NCBI GenBank assembly: GCA_964355275.1
Contig: CAYHCB010000002.1
Coordinates: forward strand, 6,639 to 70,638
Length of the DNA stretch: 64,000 bases
Origin: an uncultured Gammaproteobacteria bacterium
GTDB lineage: Bacteria > Patescibacteriota > Patescibacteriia > Patescibacteriales > UBA12465
Direction of reading: 5' to 3'
Below the pieces are notes generated by a model. The model worked only from the letters and a program-made list of their open reading frames with translations, did no database searches and was not told the origin of the DNA. A program made the position numbers and the translations under genes. Shown here one piece after another: positions 37,305 through 46,000 of the stretch; position 1 is the first letter of the stretch, and the number at the start of each line of letters is the position of its first letter.

Positions 37305-37324
37305 ATTTATGATATAATTTTATT

Positions 37325-39280
37325 ATGAAAAAATTTATTTTAGGCTCGGGCTCAGCTTGGTTGGCGGAATTTTCTATTTTAATTATCGTTGGCTTAACGC
37401 CTTTATTTTTTAATTATTTTTATCCAACCAGCATTGACTTAAGTAAAATTGTAATTTTTAAAATATTTACAATGCTTTTGTTTTTTTCTGTTATTTGGCG
37501 CTTATCTTCACTTGAGTTAAGTATCAATAAAAATATTTGGCGCATACTTTGGCCGATGATATTATTATTTATTTTTTTAACGCTTAGTTTATTTCTCTCA
37601 ATTGATATTACCACTTCTTGGTTCGGTTCTTTTGAGCGACAAGAAGGCCTAATATCTTGGTTTTTTTATGGCTTATGGGCAATTTTATTGATTTTACACT
37701 TTACTGGTGATAGCGAAGAAGAAAAAAATTTAAAAATTCGTCGCTTGTTTATCGTTGCCTCTATTTCTGGTTTTTTAGTTTCAATTTATGCTATTTTGCA
37801 AATAATTGGCGTCGATTTCATCACTTGGTCTGAGCCGGCTAAACTTACGGGGCGCGCGGTTTCATCTTTTGGACAACCAAATTATTTAGCCTGCTGGCTG
37901 TTAATTATTTTACCCTTTACTGCCTATTTATTTTTTAATACCAAAAATAATTTAATCCGTGGCCTGTGGAGTTTATTTTTTGTCACTGAATTAGGGGCCT
38001 TACTTGCGACCGGAAGTCGTTCGGCTTTCATTACATTTTTAGTTATTTCAATTTTGTGGTCATTTTGGTTTTTTAATAAAAAAAAGATATTATCATTTCG
38101 CAAAATTGCCATAATTATTTTATCAGGACTAGTACTTACTTTATTTTTTGCTAGTTTTTTGTTGATTAGTAATCCGTCTAGATTTAAAGAACTGACTAAT
38201 ATAAAAAAGAGTACTGTTTATGTTCGCTTAGAATTATGGAAGACTGGCTGGCAGGCTTTTACTAAAAAACCTTTATTTGGTTATGGTTTAGAAAACCAGA
38301 AAGAAGCTTATGTTAAAGCTTATAAAGTTGATTGGGCAATTTATGCTAGGCCTAATACTTATAGCGATAGAGCTCATAATTTAATTTTAGATACGCTTTT
38401 AACTAGCGGGATTATTGGTTTAGTTATTTTTATTTATTTTTTAAGCTGGGTTTATTTAAATTTGCTTAAAGCTTTTAAGGCTAATTTGAAAAATGAGTTG
38501 CCGGCCTTTTTAATCTGGTCTTTAAGTGTTTATTTATTTTCTTTATTTTTTAATTTTTCTATTACAGTCACTAATATTTATTTTTGGTTAATCGTCGGGG
38601 TATCAATTTTTTTAATAGGTGGACCATTAGTTTCTGTTAAAAATAATGATAAAAAATTTGATTTATTCCGTTTAGTCTTAGTGGTAACGGCTGCCATTTT
38701 ATTTATTTATAGTACATTTATAGAAATTAAGCGCCTGAAAGCAGATTATTTTTTTAATAAATCTTTGTTAGCAACAGCTGATTCGGAATATTTTACGGCC
38801 CTAGTCCTTTCAGATTATCTAGAAGAAACGCACCCTGACCCAGTAAGCAAATCGTTTTATAATCAGGGGCTGTCTTTACGCTTTTTAGAAAGCTTACCTC
38901 GTATCTATGATAAATCTAGTTTTTATGTAGTCTTAAATTATTTAGTTGATACCGAAAAAAATATTCCTGATAATAATTTTGAAAATAAATTTGTTAAAGC
39001 TTTTATTTTGGGAAGTACTAATCGTTTGTATGAATCTCAAAAAATGTTTAATGATTTAGCTGGTATAAGTCCTCAGTTACCGAAACTTTATTTAGCTTGG
39101 GGTGACGTGTTATTATTTAATAAGCAATATATGGAGGCCAAAACTAAATTTGAAAAAGCCTTTAGTTTACTTCCAGATATAAATAACCCTTATCTAAACG
39201 AACAACAAGCAGTTCGCTTAAATATTTATCAAAATCAGGTAGAAGCACGATTATCTCAGGTTAATTTATTTTTAAAGTAA
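37325..39280 (+). CDS. Wzy_C/O-antigen-ligase-family membrane protein with a C-terminal TPR-like domain (651 aa)
   Basis: About 12 TM segments. TGSRSAFITFLVISI, GYGLENQ...RAHNLILDTL (Wzy_C loop). C-terminal soluble helical repeats (LYLAWGDVLLFNKQYMEAKTKFEKAFSLLPD). Confidence 0.65.
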   Translation: MKKFILGSGSAWLAEFSILIIVGLTPLFFNYFYPTSIDLSKIVIFKIFTMLLFFSVIWRLSSLELSINKNIWRILWPMILLFIFLTLSLFLSIDITTSWFGSFERQEGLISWFFYGLWAILLILHFTGDSEEEKNLKIRRLFIVASISGFLVSIYAILQIIGVDFITWSEPAKLTGRAVSSFGQPNYLACWLLIILPFTAYLFFNTKNNLIRGLWSLFFVTELGALLATGSRSAFITFLVISILWSFWFFNKKKILSFRKIAIIILSGLVLTLFFASFLLISNPSRFKELTNIKKSTVYVRLELWKTGWQAFTKKPLFGYGLENQKEAYVKAYKVDWAIYARPNTYSDRAHNLILDTLLTSGIIGLVIFIYFLSWVYLNLLKAFKANLKNELPAFLIWSLSVYLFSLFFNFSITVTNIYFWLIVGVSIFLIGGPLVSVKNNDKKFDLFRLVLVVTAAILFIYSTFIEIKRLKADYFFNKSLLATADSEYFTALVLSDYLEETHPDPVSKSFYNQGLSLRFLESLPRIYDKSSFYVVLNYLVDTEKNIPDNNFENKFVKAFILGSTNRLYESQKMFNDLAGISPQLPKLYLAWGDVLLFNKQYMEAKTKFEKAFSLLPDINNPYLNEQQAVRLNIYQNQVEARLSQVNLFLK

Positions 39281-39284
39281 TTAT

Positions 39285-40067
39285 ATGAACGAATATTTAT
39301 TAATTGGTCCGATTTTTTCTTTAATTTTTGGTTTGTTGATTGGTAGTTTTATTAACTGCCTAGCTTGGCGATTGTATAAAGAAGAAACAATTTTTGGTCG
39401 CTCTTATTGTCCTAAATGTTTAAAACAAATTTTGTGGCATGACAATATTCCCCTTTTAAGTTTTATTTTATTAAAGGGTAAATGCCGTTCATGTTCCGAG
39501 AGAATATCTTGGCAATATCCTCTAGTTGAACTTACAACTGGCCTTTTGTTTTATTTTTCTTTTTTATTTTATGGTGCTTTGTCGCCACTTATACTTCTTA
39601 AAATTTTTATTGCCATTGCCGTTTTAGTTCTGGTGTTTATCTTCGATTTTCGTTGGTATCTAATTCCAGTTTCCGCTCTACTATGGTCCGGTTTAGTAAT
39701 AATTATTTTAGGAGCCTTAACTTATCCTTATAATTTAGGCTCTTATCTTTTTGCTTTAGCTGTTTCTATGATTTTAGGTGTTCTATTCTTTGGAATTCAA
39801 TATTTAATTACCAGAGGTAAGGGGTTAGGCGAGGGTGATATCTGGCTAGGATTATTTTTAGGCGCCTTATTTCCGAGTATACCAGAGCTTTGCGTCGCTA
39901 TTTTAGGGGCTTACTTTATTGGTTCAATTGTTGGTTTAAGTCTTTTGTTATCAGCCCATAAAAAATGGGGAAGCAAACTGCCTTTAGGCGTTTTCTTGGC
40001 AATCTCTGGGGTTATTTCTTTGTTTTATGGTAATGAAATTGCTTCTTGGTATTTAGGCCTTTTTTAG
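39285..40067 (+). CDS. pilD: Type IV prepilin peptidase (A24 family)
   Basis: LIGSFINCLAWRL, CPKCLKQILWHDNIPLLSFILLKGKCRSCSERISWQYPLVE (four-Cys motif), second catalytic region GLGEGDIWLG. Confidence 0.88.
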   Translation: MNEYLLIGPIFSLIFGLLIGSFINCLAWRLYKEETIFGRSYCPKCLKQILWHDNIPLLSFILLKGKCRSCSERISWQYPLVELTTGLLFYFSFLFYGALSPLILLKIFIAIAVLVLVFIFDFRWYLIPVSALLWSGLVIIILGALTYPYNLGSYLFALAVSMILGVLFFGIQYLITRGKGLGEGDIWLGLFLGALFPSIPELCVAILGAYFIGSIVGLSLLLSAHKKWGSKLPLGVFLAISGVISLFYGNEIASWYLGLF

Positions 40068-40079
40068 TTTTAAAATTGA

Positions 40080-40108
40080 TTGCCGAAAAAATCAAAATCT
40101 AGTATAAT
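40080..40108 (+). promoter_or_regulatory. Putative sigma70-type promoter for ftsA-ftsZ
   Basis: TTGCCG (40080-40085), 17-nt spacer, TATAAT (40103-40108), about 95 nt upstream of the ftsA ATG. Confidence 0.4.
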
Positions 40109-40202
40109 AAATTTGAACAAGTAAAGTTTTTTTAGTTGAACGGATGTTTCTAAAATTCGTTTTTTCTTGATTTTTCAGTTAGCTTACATTTATAAATTAT
40201 TT

Positions 40203-41459
40203 ATGAGAGATGAAATTATTGCTGGTTTAGACGTCGGCTCAACCGCTATTCGCCTGGTAATTGGCCAAAAAATACAGACTCCTTCTGGTGAAGAGCTGCA
40301 AATTATTGGCGCCGTATCGTCACCAACCGCTGGGGTTAATAAAGGGGTTGTAACTAGTATCGAAGAAACAACTTCTTCTATTTCAGCTTGTTTAGAAAAA
40401 GCTGAACGTTTAATCGGCGTTCCGATTACTAATGTTTGGGTTAGTATTAATGATCCTCATGTTAAATGTGAACGCAGTAAAGGCGTGGTGGCTGTTTCTA
40501 AAAGTGACGGTGAAATAAATGAGGCCGATGTTAATCGAGCTATTGAAGCGGCACGCGCTTTAGCTGTTCCCGTTAATTATGAAATTTTACATGTTATTCC
40601 GGTTAAATTTTCGGTTGATAATCAGACTGATATAAAAGATCCAATTGGCATGAGTGGCATTCGTTTAGAAGTGGAAACTTTAATAATTCAAGGATTGTCC
40701 ACTCAAATTAAAAATTTAACAAAAGCAATTTATAGAACTGGTCTGGAAATCGAAGATTTAGTACTCGCCCCATTAGCGGCTTCAGAATCAGTTTTAACAC
40801 CTAAACAAAAAGAACTTGGAGTCGCTTTAGTAAATATTGGCTCATCAACAACTTCCGTGGCCGTTTATGAAGAAAGAAATTTATTACATACCGCTATATT
40901 ACCTATTGGTTCGGAGCATGTAACGGCTGATATTGCTATTGGTCTTCGTTGCCCGATTAATTTAGCGGAACGAATTAAAAGAGAATTTGGTAGTTGCAAT
41001 CCAGGCGAAATAGATCGCGAAGAAGAAGTTGATGTTAGGGAACTAGTTAAAGAAGAGGATGTAAATGATGATATTGAAACAGTTTCTCGCCATTATGTGG
41101 CGGAAATTATTGAAGCTAGAGTAGAAGAAATATTAGAAAAAATAGATGCCGAATTTAAAAAAATTGATAGATCGGGAATGTTACCAGCCGGCATAGTTTT
41201 TGTTGGTAGTGGTTCAGAGCTTAACGGTTTAGTTGATTTAGCTAAACGAAAATTACGTTTACCAGCTTGTATGGGTTTATCTCGTAACGTAAGTGTAGTA
41301 ATTGATAAAGTGAAAACACCAGAATTTTTGACTTCCCTTGGTTTAGTTATTTGGGGAAACCACAATGGTGGAGACGGTGGTCAAAATAATTTACGTAAAA
41401 ATTTAGCAGGAGTCTTCGGAAAAGCTAAAAGTTTTTTTCAACGAATAATTCCAAAATAA
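40203..41459 (+). CDS. ftsA: Cell division protein FtsA
   Basis: IIAGLDVGSTAIRLVIG, actin-fold motifs (VALVNIGSSTTSVAVY, GSEHVTADIAIGL), GIVFVGSGSEL. ATG 40203 is preferred over the TTG 40167 used by the track. Confidence 0.9.
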   Translation: MRDEIIAGLDVGSTAIRLVIGQKIQTPSGEELQIIGAVSSPTAGVNKGVVTSIEETTSSISACLEKAERLIGVPITNVWVSINDPHVKCERSKGVVAVSKSDGEINEADVNRAIEAARALAVPVNYEILHVIPVKFSVDNQTDIKDPIGMSGIRLEVETLIIQGLSTQIKNLTKAIYRTGLEIEDLVLAPLAASESVLTPKQKELGVALVNIGSSTTSVAVYEERNLLHTAILPIGSEHVTADIAIGLRCPINLAERIKREFGSCNPGEIDREEEVDVRELVKEEDVNDDIETVSRHYVAEIIEARVEEILEKIDAEFKKIDRSGMLPAGIVFVGSGSELNGLVDLAKRKLRLPACMGLSRNVSVVIDKVKTPEFLTSLGLVIWGNHNGGDGGQNNLRKNLAGVFGKAKSFFQRIIPK

Positions 41460-41541
41460 TAAATATTAAAATACGGAGTGAGTAGCGTTTTAACAAGTAT
41501 TCTCAGATAATTTAACGCTTCTAATTTTCGCAAATAGTTAT

Positions 41542-42741
41542 ATGGCTGAAATAAAACCAGAAATTGAAACTTTCGCTAAAATAAAAGTAGTCGGCGTTGG
41601 TGGCGGCGGCGGTAGTGCTATTAACCGAATGGTTAACAGTGGTATTAAGGGTGTAGAATTTGTGGCAGTTAATACTGACATTCAAGCTTTACACTATAAC
41701 AAGGCTAGCGAAAAAATTCATATCGGTAAAACCGTGACTAGGGGACTTGGCGCTGGAATGAATCCAGAGTTAGGTAAGGCGGCAGCTGAAGAATCGGAAA
41801 ATGAAATAAGAGAAGCTTTAAAGGGGTGTGATATGGTTTTTATTACTTGTGGTATGGGTGGCGGAACCGGTTCCGGAGCGTCTCCTGTGGTAGCTAAAAT
41901 TTCTCGTGAACTAGGAGCTTTAACAGTTGCGGTGGTAACCAAACCTTTTGCTTTTGAGGGTGGTCAAAGAAAAAATATTGCTGATCGAGCATTTGCCGAA
42001 TTAGCTGATAAAGTAGACACTATAATCACTATTTCTAATGATAAATTATTACAGGTGATTGATAAAAAAACTTCTTTACTTGATGCTTTTAATATTGCCG
42101 ATGATGTTCTTCGCCAGGGAGTTCAAGGTATTGCCGAAATAATTACTGTCCCTGGTATTATTAATGCCGACTTTGCCGATGTTAAAGCGGTTATGTCTAA
42201 TGCCGGTAGCGCTTTAATGGGTATTGGTCAGGCAAGTGGTGAAAATAAAGCCATTGACGCTGCTAAAGCTGCTATTAATTCTAGTTTACTAGACATGTCT
42301 ATTGATGGTGCTCGTGGCATTGTCTTTACAATCACTGGTGGCGCTGATTTATCAATGAATGAAGTTAGTGAGGCCGCTAAAGTTATCACGGCTGCCGCTG
42401 ATGAGGACGCTAAGATTATTTTTGGCGCAGTTATCGATGAATCACTTAAAGATGAAATTAAAATTACAGTGGTGGCCACTGGTTTTGATGGTAAAGGTAA
42501 CAGCCTAAAGAGTGAAACAATAAAAAATACCTATACCCCAAATTCTTTTAATGAGGAAATGGAAAAAGAAAATGCACCTAGCTCTCAATCTTGGGCCGAC
42601 AAAACTAAAACTAAATTATCCGTCTTTAAAAATACGCCAATTAAACCAATTCTTGAGAAAAAAATGGAGCAACCAAGTTCTACTAGTATTGAAGAGGACG
42701 ATTTAAGTGTTCCAGCGTTTATTAGGAAGAAGATGATGTAA
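41542..42741 (+). CDS. ftsZ: Cell division protein FtsZ
   Basis: IKVVGVGGGGGSAINRM, GLGAGMNPELG, TCGMGGGTGSGASPVVA (tubulin signature), NADFADVKAVM, C-terminal DDLSVPAFIRKK peptide. Confidence 0.97.
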   Translation: MAEIKPEIETFAKIKVVGVGGGGGSAINRMVNSGIKGVEFVAVNTDIQALHYNKASEKIHIGKTVTRGLGAGMNPELGKAAAEESENEIREALKGCDMVFITCGMGGGTGSGASPVVAKISRELGALTVAVVTKPFAFEGGQRKNIADRAFAELADKVDTIITISNDKLLQVIDKKTSLLDAFNIADDVLRQGVQGIAEIITVPGIINADFADVKAVMSNAGSALMGIGQASGENKAIDAAKAAINSSLLDMSIDGARGIVFTITGGADLSMNEVSEAAKVITAAADEDAKIIFGAVIDESLKDEIKITVVATGFDGKGNSLKSETIKNTYTPNSFNEEMEKENAPSSQSWADKTKTKLSVFKNTPIKPILEKKMEQPSSTSIEEDDLSVPAFIRKKMM

Positions 42742-42760
42742 AAAAATTTAAAAGATATAA

Positions 42761-42788
42761 AAAAATAGGGTAAAAGCCCTATTTTTTG
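42761..42788 (+). terminator. Rho-independent terminator after ftsZ
   Basis: aaaaATAGGGtaaaagCCCTATtttttg: 6-bp stem, 6-nt loop, T-tract. Confidence 0.65.
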
Positions 42789-43052
42789 TTAGTAAAAATT
42801 TATCAATTATTTATATCATTATAAGACTCATTATTTTGGCTTATTAAAAAATATTGAAATTTTTTTTAACCCTATAAAAACTAGCCAATAACGTTTATAT
42901 ATTTTTTTAAACCCATAATCATTGTTTTTTAAATTCCCCACTAATTATCCACAGGCGTAAAACAGAACCCAGCTAGATCAATATTTTATTAAAAATTGGC
43001 TATTTATTATAGCTTGTCCTAGTCTTTTAGTTTTGCTACAATAGCTATACAT

Positions 43053-43099
43053 ACAAGATGTAGTGTGATAAATAAAAAAGTACCCACTAAATATTGTTG
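43053..43099. promoter_or_regulatory. Two candidate NrdR boxes upstream of nrdR
   Basis: acaagatgtagtgtga (43053-43068; 11/16) and ccactaaatattgttg (43084-43099; 12/16) against the published palindrome acaCwAtATaTwGtgt. Centres are 31 bp (about 3 helical turns) apart, as described for tandem NrdR boxes. Confidence 0.35.
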
Positions 43100-43145
43100 T
43101 CGCTCCTCTTGACGAATTTCGACTCTTTGAGTGATAACTAGCCCT

Positions 43146-43604
43146 ATGAAATGTCCAATTTGTTATTTTGATGACACTAAAGTGGTGGATTCTCGTGTCG
43201 CGACCGATGGTTTATCTATTCGGCGCCGTAGGGAATGTTTAAAGTGTGGTTTTCGTTTTTCTACATATGAAGAAGTTGAAATTTTAGATTTAGTTATAGT
43301 CAAACGTGATGGCCGAAGAGAATCTTATAGCCGAGAGAAGTTAATTAGTGGTCTTAAAAAATCCTTAGAAAAAAGAGCGGTTACCGATGACAAATTTAAA
43401 CAGTTGATTCATGGGATTGAAAGAGATTTACAAAAACTGAGAAAAAATGAAATTACTTCTCGTCAGGTTGGACAGATGGTAATGAAACATTTGAAAAAAA
43501 CCGATCAAGTTGCCTATATTAGATACGCCTCAGTTTATGAACAGTTTAAAGATGCTAATGAATTTCGTAAAGAGTTGAATAAATTAATTAAAGAAAAAAA
43601 ATAA
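43146..43604 (+). CDS. nrdR: Transcriptional repressor NrdR
   Basis: MKCPICYFDDTKVVDSRVATDGLSIRRRRECLKCGFRFSTYE (zinc ribbon) plus ATP-cone (VIVKRDGRRESYSREKLISGLKKSLEKR). ATG 43146; the track start 43131 is GTG. Confidence 0.93.
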   Translation: MKCPICYFDDTKVVDSRVATDGLSIRRRRECLKCGFRFSTYEEVEILDLVIVKRDGRRESYSREKLISGLKKSLEKRAVTDDKFKQLIHGIERDLQKLRKNEITSRQVGQMVMKHLKKTDQVAYIRYASVYEQFKDANEFRKELNKLIKEKK

Positions 43605-43673
43605 TTTTAAAAATCAAGATTTTAAGGGGAATATTTAGTTTATATATTGTCTCTAAAAAATTAGTAACTCATT

Positions 43674-45731
43674 ATGTCAGAAATAATCACTCAAATTCGT
43701 AAGCGTTCCGGAGCTATCGTTGACTTTGATAAGGCCAAAATTATTCGGGCTATTCGTAATGCTCAAGAGGCTATTAATTTACCCAATGATAAGTTGGCCG
43801 AAGAATTAAGTGTAAAAATAATTGAAAAAATTTCTAAACATTTTCATAAAAATACTATTCCCGCAGTTGAAGAAGTTCAGGATATTGTTGAAGAAACTTT
43901 AATTGAAAGTAAGCAAATTGCTTTAGCTAAAACTTACATTATTTATCGCGACCAACATCGTCAGATTAGAGATATAAGTAAAGGCACTTCGGACGAAAAA
44001 TTAATGGAAGATTATTTAGGCAGATCCGATTGGCGATTAAAAGAGAATAGTAATATGAGTTTTTCGGTGCAGGGGTTAAATAATTATATTGCTTCGGCGG
44101 TTTCGGCTCGTTATTGGCTTAATAAATTATATCCTGAGAACATAAGAGCGGCGCATGTAAGTGGCGATTTACATATTCATGATTTAGGTTTGCTGGCTCC
44201 TTATTGCTGTGGTTGGGATCTTAAGGATTTACTAGTTAAAGGTTTTCGGGGCGTTTCTGAAAAAGTTCAAAGTAAACCACCAAAACATTTTAGAAGTGCT
44301 TTAGGACAAATTGTTAACTTTTTTTATACCATGCAAGGCGAGGCAGCTGGCGCTCAAGCTTTTTCAAATTTTGATACTTACCTAGCTCCTTACATTCGTT
44401 ATGATCATCTAACATATAAAGAGGTTAAACAGGGTCTTCAGGAGTTCATGTTTAATATCAATGTTCCTACTCGGGTTGGATTTCAAACTCCTTTTACTAA
44501 CGTCACTTTAGATATCACCCCTTCTAAATTAATTGGCGAAGAAAGTGTGGTAATAGGCGGTGAAATCATGCCAGAGCAATATAAAGATTTTCAAGCAGAA
44601 ATGGATACCTTCAATCAAGCTTTCGCTGAAGTAATGTTAGAGGGTGATTCCACTGGCCGTGTATTTGGTTTTCCAATTCCAACATATCAAATTGATAAAA
44701 AATTTGATTGGGACAGAGAGTGTCTAAAGCCAATGTGGGAAATGACCGCTAAATACGGTGTTCCTTATTTTTCTAATTTTGTTAACTCAGACATGGATAG
44801 AGACGATGCTCGTTCGATGTGTTGTCGTTTAAGACTAGATAATCGTGAACTTAGAAAGCGTGGCGGTGGCTTATTTGGCGCTAACCCACTAACTGGTTCT
44901 CTCGGCGTAGTAACAATTAATCTAGCTAGACTTGGTCATTTATCTAAAGATAGTACTGATTTTAAGAAGAGATTACTTGATTTAATGGAAATAGCTAAAG
45001 AAAGTTTAGAAATAAAACGTAAGGTGGTTGAGAAATTTACTGACGACGGTTTATATCCTTACTCTCGTTTTTACTTACATGATATAAAAGAGCGTTTTGG
45101 TAGTTATTGGCAGAATCATTTTAATACCATTGGTATAAATGGCATGAATGAGGCGGCTCTAAATTTATTAGGTCAAGATATTTCTACGACTGAAGGACAT
45201 GATTTTGCCGCTGATATCTTAGAGTTTATGCGTGACAAAATGCGTGATTTTCAAGAAGAGAGTGGTAGCTTATATAATCTAGAAGCTACTCCAGGAGAAG
45301 GCTGCACCTATCGATTTGCCAAAAAAGATAAAGAGATTTATCCAGAAATTATTTGTGCTAACGATAAAGCTTTTAAGGAAAATGGTACACCACCTTATTA
45401 CACTAATTCAAGTCACTTACCAGTTGGATTCACTAATGATATTTTTACTGCCCTTGATTTACAAGATGACTTACAAATTAAATATACCGGAGGCACAGTA
45501 TTACATGGGTTCTTGGGGGAAAGAATTAAAGATGGTGAGGCTACCAAAAAATTAGTTCATAAGATTATTGATAATTATAAATTACCATATTTTACGATTA
45601 CCCCAACTTTTTCAGTTTGTCCAAAACATGGTTATCTGGCCGGCGAACATAAATATTGCCCTAAGTGCGATGAGGATATCGGGTTTTCTCCGGAAAACGA
45701 AATTATCGCTCAGCGCTTAGCTAATACTTAA
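43674..45731 (+). CDS. nrdD: Anaerobic (class III) ribonucleoside-triphosphate reductase, catalytic body ending just after the zinc ribbon and lacking the glycyl-radical tail
   Basis: N-terminal ATP-cone (IRKRSGAIVDFDKAKIIRAIRNA), GDLHIHDL, SMCCRLRLD, NLEATPGEG, CPKHGYLAGEHKYCPKCD. It ends IGFSPENEIIAQRLANT* without an RVxGY motif. Confidence 0.9.
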   Translation: MSEIITQIRKRSGAIVDFDKAKIIRAIRNAQEAINLPNDKLAEELSVKIIEKISKHFHKNTIPAVEEVQDIVEETLIESKQIALAKTYIIYRDQHRQIRDISKGTSDEKLMEDYLGRSDWRLKENSNMSFSVQGLNNYIASAVSARYWLNKLYPENIRAAHVSGDLHIHDLGLLAPYCCGWDLKDLLVKGFRGVSEKVQSKPPKHFRSALGQIVNFFYTMQGEAAGAQAFSNFDTYLAPYIRYDHLTYKEVKQGLQEFMFNINVPTRVGFQTPFTNVTLDITPSKLIGEESVVIGGEIMPEQYKDFQAEMDTFNQAFAEVMLEGDSTGRVFGFPIPTYQIDKKFDWDRECLKPMWEMTAKYGVPYFSNFVNSDMDRDDARSMCCRLRLDNRELRKRGGGLFGANPLTGSLGVVTINLARLGHLSKDSTDFKKRLLDLMEIAKESLEIKRKVVEKFTDDGLYPYSRFYLHDIKERFGSYWQNHFNTIGINGMNEAALNLLGQDISTTEGHDFAADILEFMRDKMRDFQEESGSLYNLEATPGEGCTYRFAKKDKEIYPEIICANDKAFKENGTPPYYTNSSHLPVGFTNDIFTALDLQDDLQIKYTGGTVLHGFLGERIKDGEATKKLVHKIIDNYKLPYFTITPTFSVCPKHGYLAGEHKYCPKCDEDIGFSPENEIIAQRLANT

Positions 45732-45768
45732 TTTAATTAATAATATAAAAAATTTAAATAATAACATT

Positions 45769-45915
45769 ATGAGCCCAATCCAAACTCAAAGACAAGAATG
45801 CATTGTCTACAGTCGTGTTGTTGGCTGGTTAACTCCAGTAAGAAACTTTAATCCAGGAAAAACCTCTGAATATGGCGATCGTTTAACTTATAATGTTGAA
45901 GAAAAAAATTGTTAA
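45769..45915 (+). CDS. 48-aa stand-alone peptide carrying the NrdD glycyl-radical motif (split C-terminal domain of nrdD)
   Basis: ATG 45769 to TAA 45913-45915, hand-translated: MSPIQTQRQECIVYSRVVGWLTPVRNFNPGKTSEYGDRLTYNVEEKNC. ECIVYSRVVGWLTPVxxxNxGKxxE matches the conserved NrdD C-terminus (RVxGY glycyl radical site followed by NxGK). Its frame (+1) differs from nrdD. It is below the ORF-track size cutoff. Confidence 0.7.
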   Translation: MSPIQTQRQECIVYSRVVGWLTPVRNFNPGKTSEYGDRLTYNVEEKNC

Positions 45916-45936
45916 TTAAGTAAGGAACTTTTGGTG

Positions 45937-45954
45937 GCGAAGGCGCCCCTTCGC
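45937..45954 (+). other. GC-rich hairpin between the glycyl-radical ORF and nrdG
   Basis: GCGAAGG-cgcc-CCTTCGC: 7-bp perfect stem and 4-nt loop, followed by only a weak T-run (tatttg). Conspicuous in AT-rich DNA. Confidence 0.4.
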
Positions 45955-46000
45955 TATTTGAAGGCTAACTGTTTCGTCCCTTTTTTCCTGGTCAAAAAAT

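Noticed and set aside
42945-42953. Perfect DnaA-box consensus TTATCCACA in the long AT-rich ftsZ-nrdR intergenic region. I considered a possible oriC or DnaA control of nrd genes.
   Set aside because: It is a single box with no cluster of related 9-mers nearby, no dnaA or dnaN context and no visible strand-bias switch. One perfect 9-mer in 64 kb (both strands) is not improbable by chance.
45720-45731. Programmed +1 frameshift joining nrdD to the glycyl-radical ORF.
   Set aside because: The only permissive window (45721-45728, GCT AAT ACT TAA) has no slippery sequence or RF2-like shifty-stop context that I can recognise. A sequencing indel or a genuine split remain the live alternatives (see finding).
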